Assembly: GCA_964360445.1 (NCBI GenBank)
Contig: CAYHWE010000003.1
Coordinates: 1-51,366, forward strand
Origin: an uncultured Gammaproteobacteria bacterium
GTDB lineage: Bacteria > Patescibacteriota > Patescibacteriia > Patescibacteriales > JAKAJF01
Direction of reading: 5' to 3'
DNA: 51,366 nt
In this document: one piece after another, positions 41,513 through 49,890 of the stretch
Layout of the letters: each line of letters starts with the position of its first letter
How positions within the stretch are numbered: position 1 is the first letter of the stretch
Notes under the pieces: model-generated
What the model was told of the DNA's origin: nothing
The model's input: only the letters and a program-made list of their open reading frames with translations
Database searches by the model: none
Program-made: the position numbers and the translations under genes

Positions 41513-43060
41513 CTATCTTGCTTTCGGCGTCACCCAAAATCCCATATATCTGCCCAACATAAGCCTTGTCTGGGCTTCAAGACCAGGGAATGACCCGAAA
41601 AATATGATACTCAAGGGAAGGATCAGCCATTGGGCTATCATTACGATATTTTTTCCTATGCCATAATTTTTCGGCCGTTTCGGCAGCAAGAGATTGGAAA
41701 CTATGGCTGATAATACTAGTCCGCCCATAGCGATGGTCATAAGAGTCCTTGAAACTACCGGAAGATTGCCGGAAAGGACGGTCGTATTGAAAGCATCGCC
41801 GCCTAAAAGCATGGGCAGCCATCCGATCACGCCTATGATCAGGGCGTTAGTCGCCCAAGAATGGAATCCGTAAAGCTGGTTGAAAATCTTGCTCAGCATA
41901 TCTCTCTTCGGGATCCTGTCCCAATTTTTCATAGTGTTGAAAATAAGATACGGCACATTTTCCACGCCCCAGCCCCATCTTCTCTGCTGCTTATAAAGGT
42001 TCCTCATTGTTTTTTTTATGCTCTCATCCATGCACACATCCATCGATACGGAAAAATACAGAGGCTCGACGCGGTAATCTCCGTTGTAATGGAGATAGCA
42101 GTGCCAAAAAATCCTTGAGTCCTCGCTGACCATTTTTGTCGACCAAAATCCGATATCGACAAGCGCTTTCCAGCTCATAGAATGAGAAGAGTAAGTCGCC
42201 AATTTCTCGACTCTGATCTGTTGCATCATCTGCCAGAAGGTATTTGAAGACGCGGCCACTCTCGCGAAAAAAGGCGCTTCCCAGATATTATTATGATAGA
42301 CAGGAATCGGCTGATAGCTTGCCTGGTGCGGCTTTTCCACGGTCAGAAATCTGTGCGTCAGGCAATAAAAATAGCCGCGGTTGATGATCGTATCGATATC
42401 AAAAACGCTGACAATAATCTTATCATAATCAATTCCTTCTTTGTCGATGATTTTTTCTTTTACCTCCCGGGCCGCCCAGGCCTGGTTCGCGCCCTTGCCC
42501 TTTATCTCTCCTTCAATGCCGTCAGGATGGATTGTAATCAAAAAATTGCGGAAATACTTTCCGAATTCCTGTTCTATCGTTTTCGCCCGCTCCATAGCTT
42601 CATGTCCGCCCCGCTCTTCGATCGCAAGCACCATGATCATATTCTTCGTCGGATAACCATCATTGACAACAGCCCGGAAGCTCGGCCTTATAACATCCAG
42701 ACTTTCATTGTATGTCGGAAAAATGATCAGATGCGCAAGTTCATCGATGCTCTCCAGTCTAAGACCGGCCTTTGACAAGTCAAGACCTCTGCATTTTTCT
42801 TCCCAATCGATCCTCATATTCTGTTTTAATTTCTTATAGCTGACAACAAGATGGATGCCTAGATAAGCGACAAGCAAAAGCCAGTAAACATCGAACGCGA
42901 CTATGAAATAAGCGACCCAGATCGGTTTAAGATAAGAAAGCGCGACCAAGATTATCAGAGTAGCCCATGACAAAAAAGCCGGGAGCATCTCGAGCCCCCT
43001 GTAAATCTTATAATCCCTGCCAGACAAATCACCCGCTTTTCCAATTTTTAGATAATCCAT
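41513..43060 (-). CDS. Membrane-embedded processive family 2 glycosyltransferase (D,D,D,QxxRW type)
   Basis: It has N-terminal TMs, FPTYNES, DIDT, SED and QQRRWGWG (QxxRW), plus about 4 C-terminal TMs. The start may instead be 42988 (MLPAF), which would remove the 32-nt overlap with the PHP gene. Confidence 0.75.
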   Translation of the reverse strand: MDYLKIGKAGDLSGRDYKIYRGLEMLPAFLSWATLIILVALSYLKPIWVAYFIVAFDVYWLLLVAYLGIHLVVSYKKLKQNMRIDWEEKCRGLDLSKAGLRLESIDELAHLIIFPTYNESLDVIRPSFRAVVNDGYPTKNMIMVLAIEERGGHEAMERAKTIEQEFGKYFRNFLITIHPDGIEGEIKGKGANQAWAAREVKEKIIDKEGIDYDKIIVSVFDIDTIINRGYFYCLTHRFLTVEKPHQASYQPIPVYHNNIWEAPFFARVAASSNTFWQMMQQIRVEKLATYSSHSMSWKALVDIGFWSTKMVSEDSRIFWHCYLHYNGDYRVEPLYFSVSMDVCMDESIKKTMRNLYKQQRRWGWGVENVPYLIFNTMKNWDRIPKRDMLSKIFNQLYGFHSWATNALIIGVIGWLPMLLGGDAFNTTVLSGNLPVVSRTLMTIAMGGLVLSAIVSNLLLPKRPKNYGIGKNIVMIAQWLILPLSIIFFGSFPGLEAQTRLMLGRYMGFWVTPKAR

Positions 43061-43805
43061 ATATTTTGAATAAGAAATTTTTTATCGGATTTTCCAGATA
43101 CCCCATCATCATCCTTGAATTCGTAACCAGAAGATATCTGAACAGATCAGCCGTTTTTTGCGCCCTTGTCACATTAGCGAATTTCATCTCCCTGATGGCC
43201 CTGAATACGCTCTCCGTCGACAACTCATCGGCTTCGATCATTGCATATCCCATTCCTAAATTTTTCAGGATATGTGTATCCGAAGTCGCTATGAATGGCT
43301 TCCCGAATTCTTTGGCCACCCTTTCTCCGCCCTTATTAAGATTGAATATCTTCGAATAAAACCAGGAATATTCGATCGCGTCGAACAGGTTTATATATTT
43401 TCTGAGATTTTTCAAGCCGACAGAATAAACAGCCCCGAAATCAGGATGTGGCGCTATGACAAAAATCTCCGGATGGTCTTTTTTGTATCGCTCCAGTTCC
43501 TTGATAGTAGTTATCTTCTCGACACTCTTATCACAATTCAGGATAAGAACGTGCTTTGAAAATAAAAAATCCCTAAGCTCGGTTTCTATTCCCGGTATCA
43601 ACAATATCCCTTTTGATTTCGCATAATCGCCGTATTCTTCCTTGTAAACGAATTTCTGATGCGATGTGAAGGCCAGGACATTGAAATCAAGCGCGCGCGC
43701 GTAATCTATCAGTTCATACACGCTGTAAGAAACGATTTTCTTCCAATTTTCTCCGTCCAAAGGATCTTCTTTCGTATGTAAGTGCAGATTGGTTTTTAAT
43801 TTCAT
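43029..43805 (-). CDS. PHP domain (polymerase/histidinol phosphatase-like) phosphoesterase
   Basis: NLHLHTKEDPLDG at the N-terminus is followed by FTSH, IAPHP and ATSDTH metal-ligand-like motifs. Confidence 0.65.
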   Translation of the reverse strand: MKLKTNLHLHTKEDPLDGENWKKIVSYSVYELIDYARALDFNVLAFTSHQKFVYKEEYGDYAKSKGILLIPGIETELRDFLFSKHVLILNCDKSVEKITTIKELERYKKDHPEIFVIAPHPDFGAVYSVGLKNLRKYINLFDAIEYSWFYSKIFNLNKGGERVAKEFGKPFIATSDTHILKNLGMGYAMIEADELSTESVFRAIREMKFANVTRAQKTADLFRYLLVTNSRMMMGYLENPIKNFLFKIYGLSKNWKSG

Positions 43806-43874
43806 GGGATTGCCACAAATCTAGCTGCAAATATTACAAATATTTGCGCCGTCTTTATTAAAATTTGCAGATTA

Positions 43875-45791
43875 TTACATTTCTATGTCTTCGAGTCTGA
43901 CATCCTTGCCCTCTTCAAGTTCGCCCTCTTTGATAAGATTATTGTCGTTGTTTTTATGGATCGCGGGATGATTATTGGCTGACGGCCTCTGTTCCGGTTC
44001 TTTTATATCCTGTTTTTTCGGAGCCGGATCAGGCATCCTTTCTTTGCCTTTGAAATCGACAATCTTCTTTCTTGTCAGATCGCTCAGGGAAAGCTCTTCG
44101 CCCCTATCTCCGCCGCCTTCAGCCCTGCCATCATGACGGCTGTCCGGCTTTTGGATATTATCTCTCCTGTCTATTTTTTGCAATTCCTGTTCTTTTGCTT
44201 TCATCCTGAATTCAGTATCTCTCCTTTTTTCATTTTTAGCCGTGCTCAGACAGTCTTTGCAGAAAATAGGGCGTATTCCGTCCGGCACAAAAGAAATTTT
44301 GGTTTCCTTCCCGCAACGCGAACAGATCGCGCTATTCTTCGGAGGTTCATTCCTTGTGTCCGGCTGCCATGCCCGAGAACTTTTCTCTATTTCCCGTTCC
44401 CGCCTTTCCGGTTCTCTTCTGAATGCCGGCTCTTCTCTTTTAGGCTCCCTGAATTCCTTAAATTCCTTTTTTTTGGGAACTTCGCTGGTTCTTTCTTCAT
44501 CGATACTTTCATGCCAACGGGAAATCTTCTCTTCGACTTCCCCCCTGCCTCTTGCGTATCTTTCTCTTGAGACATTGATCACTTTTTCAACATTTCCGGT
44601 TTTTTCTTCCTCTGTCAATGGCGCCAAACCTCTTGCCGAAAACGGATCGGAGGCGATACCATCGATCATCAGTTTCAGATAAAATTCATACTTAGGCAGA
44701 TTCACTATATCCTCTTCTAAAAATGTCGGCGTAAATTCCTTCACTAATTCTTCCGCGTCAGCGGCGCCTACCCTGAAAACGATCAGAGTTCCGACATTGC
44801 CGAAAACAGCCGGCTTTACTTTTTCTCCCAACTGTTCGATATATTGATGGGCCATGATCAGGTTAAGGCGGTATTTTCTCGCCTCTGAAAGGATATTCGC
44901 AAAACTGTCTGTGGCAAAATTCTGGAATTCATCGACATAGAGATAAAAATCCCTTCTTTCGTTTTCCGGAATATCAACGCGGCTCATGGCAGCGAGCTGG
45001 ATTTTCGTAATCATCATCGAACCGAGCAATGCCGAATTATCTTCTCCGATCCTACCCTTGCTCAAATTCATGATCAAAATTTTCCCCTCGTCCATAATCT
45101 CTCTTACATCGATAGAAGATTTGACCTGGCCGACTATGTTACGGATCAGGGAGCTTGATAAGAATTGTCCGACTTTATTCTGGATCGGAGATACGGCTTC
45201 GGACGCGAATTTATCCGCGTATCCGGCGAATTCATTGACCCAGAAAGATTTCACTACCGGATCCTGGATCTTTTCAACCACCTTTTTCCTGAAAGCCTTA
45301 TCGGAAAGCATCCTTGTAACCGCCAGGAGGGTCGAGCCAGGGTAATCCAAAACAGCCAGGATCGCATTGCGCAGGATATATTCCAGGCGAGGCCCCCAGG
45401 AGTCGGCCCATAATTTTTGGAACACGCCTAAAAGGCCGGAGGCGACAAGATGCCTCAGGTGCGGCTCAACGTGTTCGACAACGTTAAAAGCGATGGGGAA
45501 TTCCATATCCGACGGATTGAAATAAACCACGTCATTGATCCTGTGCGCGGGGATATATTGGATGACTTTCTCCGCAAGATCGCCGTGCGGATCGACGATC
45601 GCGACGCCCTTGCCCGCCCTTATATCTTCAATGATCATATTCTCAAGAATGGTTGATTTTCCCATTCCGGTTTTTCCGATCAGATACATATGGCGTCTCC
45701 TGTCATCAGCTTTTATGCCGAATCGCCTGTGCTGATTGCGGAATGTCGTTTCCGCAAAAATTGTGATTGGATTATCTTTATTATTGTTCAT
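43875..45791 (-). CDS. VirD4/TraD (TrwB)-like type IV secretion coupling-protein-type ATPase, soluble, with a charged C-terminal tail and a CxxC-x17-CxxC zinc ribbon
   Basis: HMYLIGKTGMGKSTILENMIIEDIRAGKGVAIVDPHGDL (Walker A), FYLYVDEFQNFAT (Walker B), ARKYRLNLIMAHQYIEQL, and CSRCGKETKISFVPDGIRPIFCKDC in the tail. Confidence 0.75.
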   Translation of the reverse strand: MNNNKDNPITIFAETTFRNQHRRFGIKADDRRRHMYLIGKTGMGKSTILENMIIEDIRAGKGVAIVDPHGDLAEKVIQYIPAHRINDVVYFNPSDMEFPIAFNVVEHVEPHLRHLVASGLLGVFQKLWADSWGPRLEYILRNAILAVLDYPGSTLLAVTRMLSDKAFRKKVVEKIQDPVVKSFWVNEFAGYADKFASEAVSPIQNKVGQFLSSSLIRNIVGQVKSSIDVREIMDEGKILIMNLSKGRIGEDNSALLGSMMITKIQLAAMSRVDIPENERRDFYLYVDEFQNFATDSFANILSEARKYRLNLIMAHQYIEQLGEKVKPAVFGNVGTLIVFRVGAADAEELVKEFTPTFLEEDIVNLPKYEFYLKLMIDGIASDPFSARGLAPLTEEEKTGNVEKVINVSRERYARGRGEVEEKISRWHESIDEERTSEVPKKKEFKEFREPKREEPAFRREPERREREIEKSSRAWQPDTRNEPPKNSAICSRCGKETKISFVPDGIRPIFCKDCLSTAKNEKRRDTEFRMKAKEQELQKIDRRDNIQKPDSRHDGRAEGGGDRGEELSLSDLTRKKIVDFKGKERMPDPAPKKQDIKEPEQRPSANNHPAIHKNNDNNLIKEGELEEGKDVRLEDIEM

Positions 45792-45799
45792 AAATATTT

Positions 45800-47293
45800 T
45801 TAAGCGAATGGTAAATTAGCAGGTGGCGTTCCTTTTTCTATTTCGTCCTTTTTACTTTCTTTTTTCTCCTGTCTTATTTGTTCTTGCGGAGCGATGAATT
45901 CTGCCGGCGCCGGCTCTTCTTCAAAAATAGACTCCAACGGCTCCAGCAGGTCTTCACTGACGGTTTCCGCGCCGACCGGGAGGCTTGATGGCGGTTCAGC
46001 TTTTCTTCCCGGAGCCTTTTGAATCAAAGGAGCTTTTACCACGCTCTCGATCGGGAAATGCCAGATTGTCGCCAGTTCTTCCGTATTCAGAATGCCTGGC
46101 AATCTGCCGGCAAAACCATCCCTGTTCATATAATTCCTTACGATGCTTGATTTCTTCTTATTCAGCCTTGATTCCTTGAAAAAATAAGCGGTAGAAGTCA
46201 TTGTTTTTTTAGTGTCTGGCTTGAAGCTGTTTAAATCTAGGGCGGTAAACTGTTTCATATATCCGACAAAGCCATTGGCCACCTTCGGCTTGTTCATAAC
46301 ATCTTTTTTAGCTATATATACGAATCTTAGCTTGCACTCAAAACCGATCTTGGAAATCTTATTATGCGCCGCTTCAACCTGTTTTTTCTCTTTTGGCTTC
46401 AGATTCATCATCTTCAGCGCGTCTTCTTTTTTCTCTTCTTTCGGCGCTTCCGTAATGCCGGACCACATACTGTAAACTACTTCGCTGAAAAATCCCATTA
46501 CGCCCAAAACGCCATCGATAGCATTGTCGATTATATTTTTTGCCGGAGCCATTTCTTCTTTCAATATCTTTTTTACCGCAACATCGCCGATAGTCGTCCA
46601 TGCATTCATATCTATCGGTTTTACTATTATCTGGTACCAAAGCTGTTCTCCTCTCCTCAAGCTGCTGCACAGATCCATCAACGTCGCCATCGGATCCCTG
46701 AATGTCGTCTCTGGTTTTCCGAATTGATGCTCAAACTCCTGATAGACCTTTATCGGAAAAGCCTGATCGCCTGTCTGGATAAATTCCGCGCCCCAAACAT
46801 CGTAATCGTCATCCGGATATTTTCTCGGCATTCCTTCGGTGTAGTCGCCGACTTCGGTAATTTCCGCGTCCGGATATTGGGAGTAAATAGCAGTTTCAAC
46901 AAGATTCCTGAACGGAATCGGCGTCCTGATTAAAAATTGCGTATATCCGTCAATACTGACTATTTCAAAGCTGAAAGACAACTGGAATTTTCCATCCCAA
47001 TAAATGTCCAGCAGATTCAAGCTGCCATGCGTGCCGGCCAGATAGGCGAACATATTTTCCACCGCCATCGGAGACTGCTCGTTGCCTCTTGGTATGTCGA
47101 TTGCCAATAAGGTAAATTTCTGGGTCGCCACCCATTTGTTCTGTATATACTCCATCCAGATATCCTTGAACCCGATAAGCAAAGCGATTCCCAACGGAAT
47201 CCATCCGACGGTCCAAAAGATATTCATCATCATGATATCAGCCGGTTGGCTAATAAAGGCCAAAATAGAGGTTAAATCAATTTCTATGCTCAT
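45800..47293 (-). CDS. Uncharacterised membrane-anchored protein, probable partner of the coupling-type ATPase
   Basis: The N-terminal hydrophobic segment is MMMNIFWTVGWIPLGIALLIGF. It is followed by about 400 aa of soluble domain and a P/E-rich tail. The gene ends 8 nt before the ATPase start. Confidence 0.6.
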   Translation of the reverse strand: MSIEIDLTSILAFISQPADIMMMNIFWTVGWIPLGIALLIGFKDIWMEYIQNKWVATQKFTLLAIDIPRGNEQSPMAVENMFAYLAGTHGSLNLLDIYWDGKFQLSFSFEIVSIDGYTQFLIRTPIPFRNLVETAIYSQYPDAEITEVGDYTEGMPRKYPDDDYDVWGAEFIQTGDQAFPIKVYQEFEHQFGKPETTFRDPMATLMDLCSSLRRGEQLWYQIIVKPIDMNAWTTIGDVAVKKILKEEMAPAKNIIDNAIDGVLGVMGFFSEVVYSMWSGITEAPKEEKKEDALKMMNLKPKEKKQVEAAHNKISKIGFECKLRFVYIAKKDVMNKPKVANGFVGYMKQFTALDLNSFKPDTKKTMTSTAYFFKESRLNKKKSSIVRNYMNRDGFAGRLPGILNTEELATIWHFPIESVVKAPLIQKAPGRKAEPPSSLPVGAETVSEDLLEPLESIFEEEPAPAEFIAPQEQIRQEKKESKKDEIEKGTPPANLPFA

Positions 47294-47299
47294 AGATAT

Positions 47300-47328
47300 A
47301 TTTTAACATATTTTTACTGTTTCCACAA
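47300..47328 (-). promoter_or_regulatory. Candidate promoter abutting the start codon of the 45800-47293 gene (leaderless-type)
   Basis: On the minus strand: TTGTGG, a 17-nt spacer, an extended -10 TGTTAAAAT, then only 6 nt (ATATCT) before the ATG. There is no SD. Confidence 0.35.
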
Positions 47329-47379
47329 ATCACGAATTTACCCGTTTTTATTAAAACAAGAGAGTAAATCCATAGATCG

Positions 47380-47406
47380 CAAAAGACCCCCTTTCGGAGG
47401 TCCTTT
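47380..47406 (-). terminator. Rho-independent terminator of the sigma-like gene
   Basis: On the minus strand: GGACCTCC GAAA GGGGGTC followed by TTTTG. Confidence 0.75.
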
Positions 47407-47419
47407 TATCGTTTATCGC

Positions 47420-48628
47420 TTATTTCAGCTTATACTTGTTATTCTCTGTTTTTTCGAATTTATCCCTATTCATCAAAGCCAGGATTATTGTCGCCCTTTT
47501 CACCAGACGTTGCTTTAACACCTCCTCTATTATCTCATCCCTGGTCAAGCCTGCTGGATTATTTTTCAATATCTCTACGACAACATCGGCGACCGTCCCC
47601 GTCTTATACCCCCATTCCTTAAGGCTGTATAATCCTCTGCCGACTAAAATATATTTATTATCAAGAATAAGTTCGTTATGGACAGTGGCCGCATTAGCTT
47701 TTTTCGCGTCAAAACTGATTTCATTTATTTTTTCCGTGATCCCGACAAAGTGCATCGGTTTTCCGTTATTTTTCAAAACCAGGTAAATCTTATCATTAAT
47801 CGTCTTCGGCTTTACTTCCCTCCATTCATCAACGCCCCAATGCCCGAACTTGTTCTGTTCGATTTTTTTCAGGGCCTGGATCGCAGAATACAAAGTCTTA
47901 TGCTGATTGATGAATCCGGAATCTTCGTCAAACGGCTTTAATTTCAGGACACCCGAGATGTCGATATTGCTTCCTGACTGGAATTTATCGATATTAGCCT
48001 TGAATGTCTCAAGCTCTTTCAGGAAATTGATCAGATCGACGGTGGTAAAGACCTTTTTTGTCTGCTCGATCTTATTGATGAATTCTTTCGCCAATTCCTC
48101 CATATGATCCAATACCAGATATTTGAATTTGAACAGATCTTTGAACAGATTCGAATCGATAACTTCCTCGAATTCATTATGAAGCAATCTTGAAATCAGG
48201 AAATCAAGATGGTTCTTATGCAGATTTTCGCTTTTCTTCAATCCGCTTCCGTCAACAGAAAAAGCGACCAGGCTGTCCAATAGATAATTTTTTTCCATAA
48301 AACCGCCATGCTCTTCCAATAACTGGGTGATGACCTTTTTCAATCCCTTGATATGCTCATTCAGGCTTTCAAGTTGGCGCAATTTTTTTACCCCGGTAGT
48401 TTCTATCTGCCTGATACGTTCCCTCGTCAGATTATGGATCTTGCCGATATTTTCCAAAGTCTCTTTTTCTTCGCCATGCAAGCCGAAACGGCGGCTCAGG
48501 ATATCGCGGTCTCTCTCATTCAATTCATTCAGAAGATTATTTATAATCTCAACACTGTTAAGATTAGCGATTTCTTCCGCCTTTTGATTGGTTAGAATTT
48601 GATCAAGGATGGATTTGTTATCTTCCAT
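47420..48628 (-). CDS. Sigma-70 region 4-like HTH protein with C-terminal HARE-HTH/winged-helix domains (no region 2)
   Basis: The region 4 block is LNERDRDILSRRFGLHGEEKETLENIGKIHNLTRERIRQIETTGVKKLR. The HARE-HTH-like block is IYLVLKNNGKPMHFVGITEKI...HNELILDNKYILVGRGLYSLKEWG. Confidence 0.65.
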   Translation of the reverse strand: MEDNKSILDQILTNQKAEEIANLNSVEIINNLLNELNERDRDILSRRFGLHGEEKETLENIGKIHNLTRERIRQIETTGVKKLRQLESLNEHIKGLKKVITQLLEEHGGFMEKNYLLDSLVAFSVDGSGLKKSENLHKNHLDFLISRLLHNEFEEVIDSNLFKDLFKFKYLVLDHMEELAKEFINKIEQTKKVFTTVDLINFLKELETFKANIDKFQSGSNIDISGVLKLKPFDEDSGFINQHKTLYSAIQALKKIEQNKFGHWGVDEWREVKPKTINDKIYLVLKNNGKPMHFVGITEKINEISFDAKKANAATVHNELILDNKYILVGRGLYSLKEWGYKTGTVADVVVEILKNNPAGLTRDEIIEEVLKQRLVKRATIILALMNRDKFEKTENNKYKLK

Positions 48629-48679
48629 ATTTAGGTTAGAAGCCAGGGGAGTCTTCAGTAAATAAGTTTATTTGCCCAT

Positions 48680-48708
48680 AATATAACATAAATTTTTTAA
48701 TTAGTCAA
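48680..48708 (-). promoter_or_regulatory. Candidate promoter of the sigma-like gene
   Basis: On the minus strand: TTGACT, a 17-nt spacer, then an extended -10 TGTTATATT. Confidence 0.45.
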
Positions 48709-48725
48709 GAGTATTTGGGAATAAT

Positions 48726-48751
48726 AAAAAAACACAAGGTTTTCCTTATGT
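48726..48751 (-). terminator. Rho-independent terminator after murB
   Basis: On the minus strand: ACATAAGG AAAA CCTTGTGT followed by TTTTTTT. Confidence 0.65.
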
Positions 48752-48774
48752 TTTTGCTAATTTTAAATTTATTT

Positions 48775-49716
48775 TTAGATTCCGAAATATTGGATTTCCT
48801 CATGCAATTGCACCTTGAATCTGTCCCTGACTTGCTGTTTTATATAGCTTATCAGCATAATAACATCCTCGGATGTCGCTTTTCCCGTATTGACGATAAA
48901 ATTAGCATGTTCAAGGCTGATCTTCGCTCCGCCGATCGCCTTGCCTTTTAAATCAAGAAGTTCGATGATCCATCCGGCGCCGACCATCCCGCCCTTCACC
49001 TTGCCGGAACTTTCCGCGAGCCCGGCAAGTTTCTCATTCGCGCTGCGCAGGCTTTCAAGAGAAAAATTCTTGAATATGCATCCGGCGCTGGGAAGACGCG
49101 GCTGCGATCCAGTCCTTTTTTTTATATGCTCATCAATCTTATCCTTCATTTCTCCCTGCTCGCCATTTTCCAATTTAAGGATAACATTCCAGATCAGAAG
49201 ATTAGGATCATATTTGAAGATGCTGTCACGGTATCCGAATCTGCAGTCTTTCTTGCTGAATTGCTCGAAATGATTTTTATTGAAATTGAACACTTCGACG
49301 GTTTCCGCGGAATCGCCGATATTAAAGCCATAAGCGCCGGCATTTCCCCTGATTGCTCCGCCGACTGTTCCCGGAATGCCGACCGACAACTCCAATCCGG
49401 AAAGGCCGCTTCCGTTCGCCATGATATTTACGCGCGATAATAAAGCGCCTGCGCCTGCATGCACCCTTTCTCCTTTTATATCCGCCTGATTATTATTTAT
49501 CTTAACGACAAACCCATCAACGCCTTTATCGCCGATCAGGATATTGCTCCCCCCGCCTAAAATAAAAATCTTCTCCCCTTTTTCCTTCGCCCACCGGACC
49601 GCTCCGATCAGGTCTTCTTTCGTTCCGATTTCAATGAAAAACTTAGCCGGACCGCCGATCTTGAAGGTAGTTAGCGGAGCTAACGGGATGTTATTTTGTA
49701 TTTTGGTTTCGATCAT
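48775..49716 (-). CDS. murB: UDP-N-acetylenolpyruvoylglucosamine reductase
   Basis: PLAPLTTFKIGGPAKFF, ILGGGSNIL and SAGCIFKN are present. The ATG at 49716 is preferred over 49734. Confidence 0.9.
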   Translation of the reverse strand: MIETKIQNNIPLAPLTTFKIGGPAKFFIEIGTKEDLIGAVRWAKEKGEKIFILGGGSNILIGDKGVDGFVVKINNNQADIKGERVHAGAGALLSRVNIMANGSGLSGLELSVGIPGTVGGAIRGNAGAYGFNIGDSAETVEVFNFNKNHFEQFSKKDCRFGYRDSIFKYDPNLLIWNVILKLENGEQGEMKDKIDEHIKKRTGSQPRLPSAGCIFKNFSLESLRSANEKLAGLAESSGKVKGGMVGAGWIIELLDLKGKAIGGAKISLEHANFIVNTGKATSEDVIMLISYIKQQVRDRFKVQLHEEIQYFGI

Positions 49717-49800
49717 AAATAATTTAAAATGCACCCGTCTCGACTCGCGTTATCTATTTAGCTCTAATCAACTGCAAGAACGAGTCGACGCGAGGCGGGA

Positions 49801-49888
49801 ATATCAAAATGTAAAATTACAATGCAAAATTTAAAATTAATAATCATTTTGACATTTTTAATTGTCATTTTGCATTTTGATTTTTAAT
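49801..49888. repeat. AAAATG-type repeats in inverted arrangement between murC and murB
   Basis: ATCAAAATGTAAAATTACAAT (49802-49822) faces ATTGTCATTTTGCATTTTGAT (49861-49881), complementary at 19 of 21 positions. It shares a box with 20400-20441. Confidence 0.6.
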
Positions 49889-49890
49889 CT

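Noticed and set aside
44133-44682. Plus-strand ORFs of 145-146 aa opposite the ATPase tail.
   Set aside because: They are antisense to the charged-tail coding region. Their F/S/L-rich translations mirror K/E/R codons, and I see no independent signals.
46364-46933. A 189-aa plus-strand ORF and neighbouring antisense ORFs within 45800-47293.
   Set aside because: The minus-strand frame is open for 497 codons, with a sensible TM and soluble domain layout and tight coupling to the downstream ATPase. The plus-strand frames are fragmented and low complexity.
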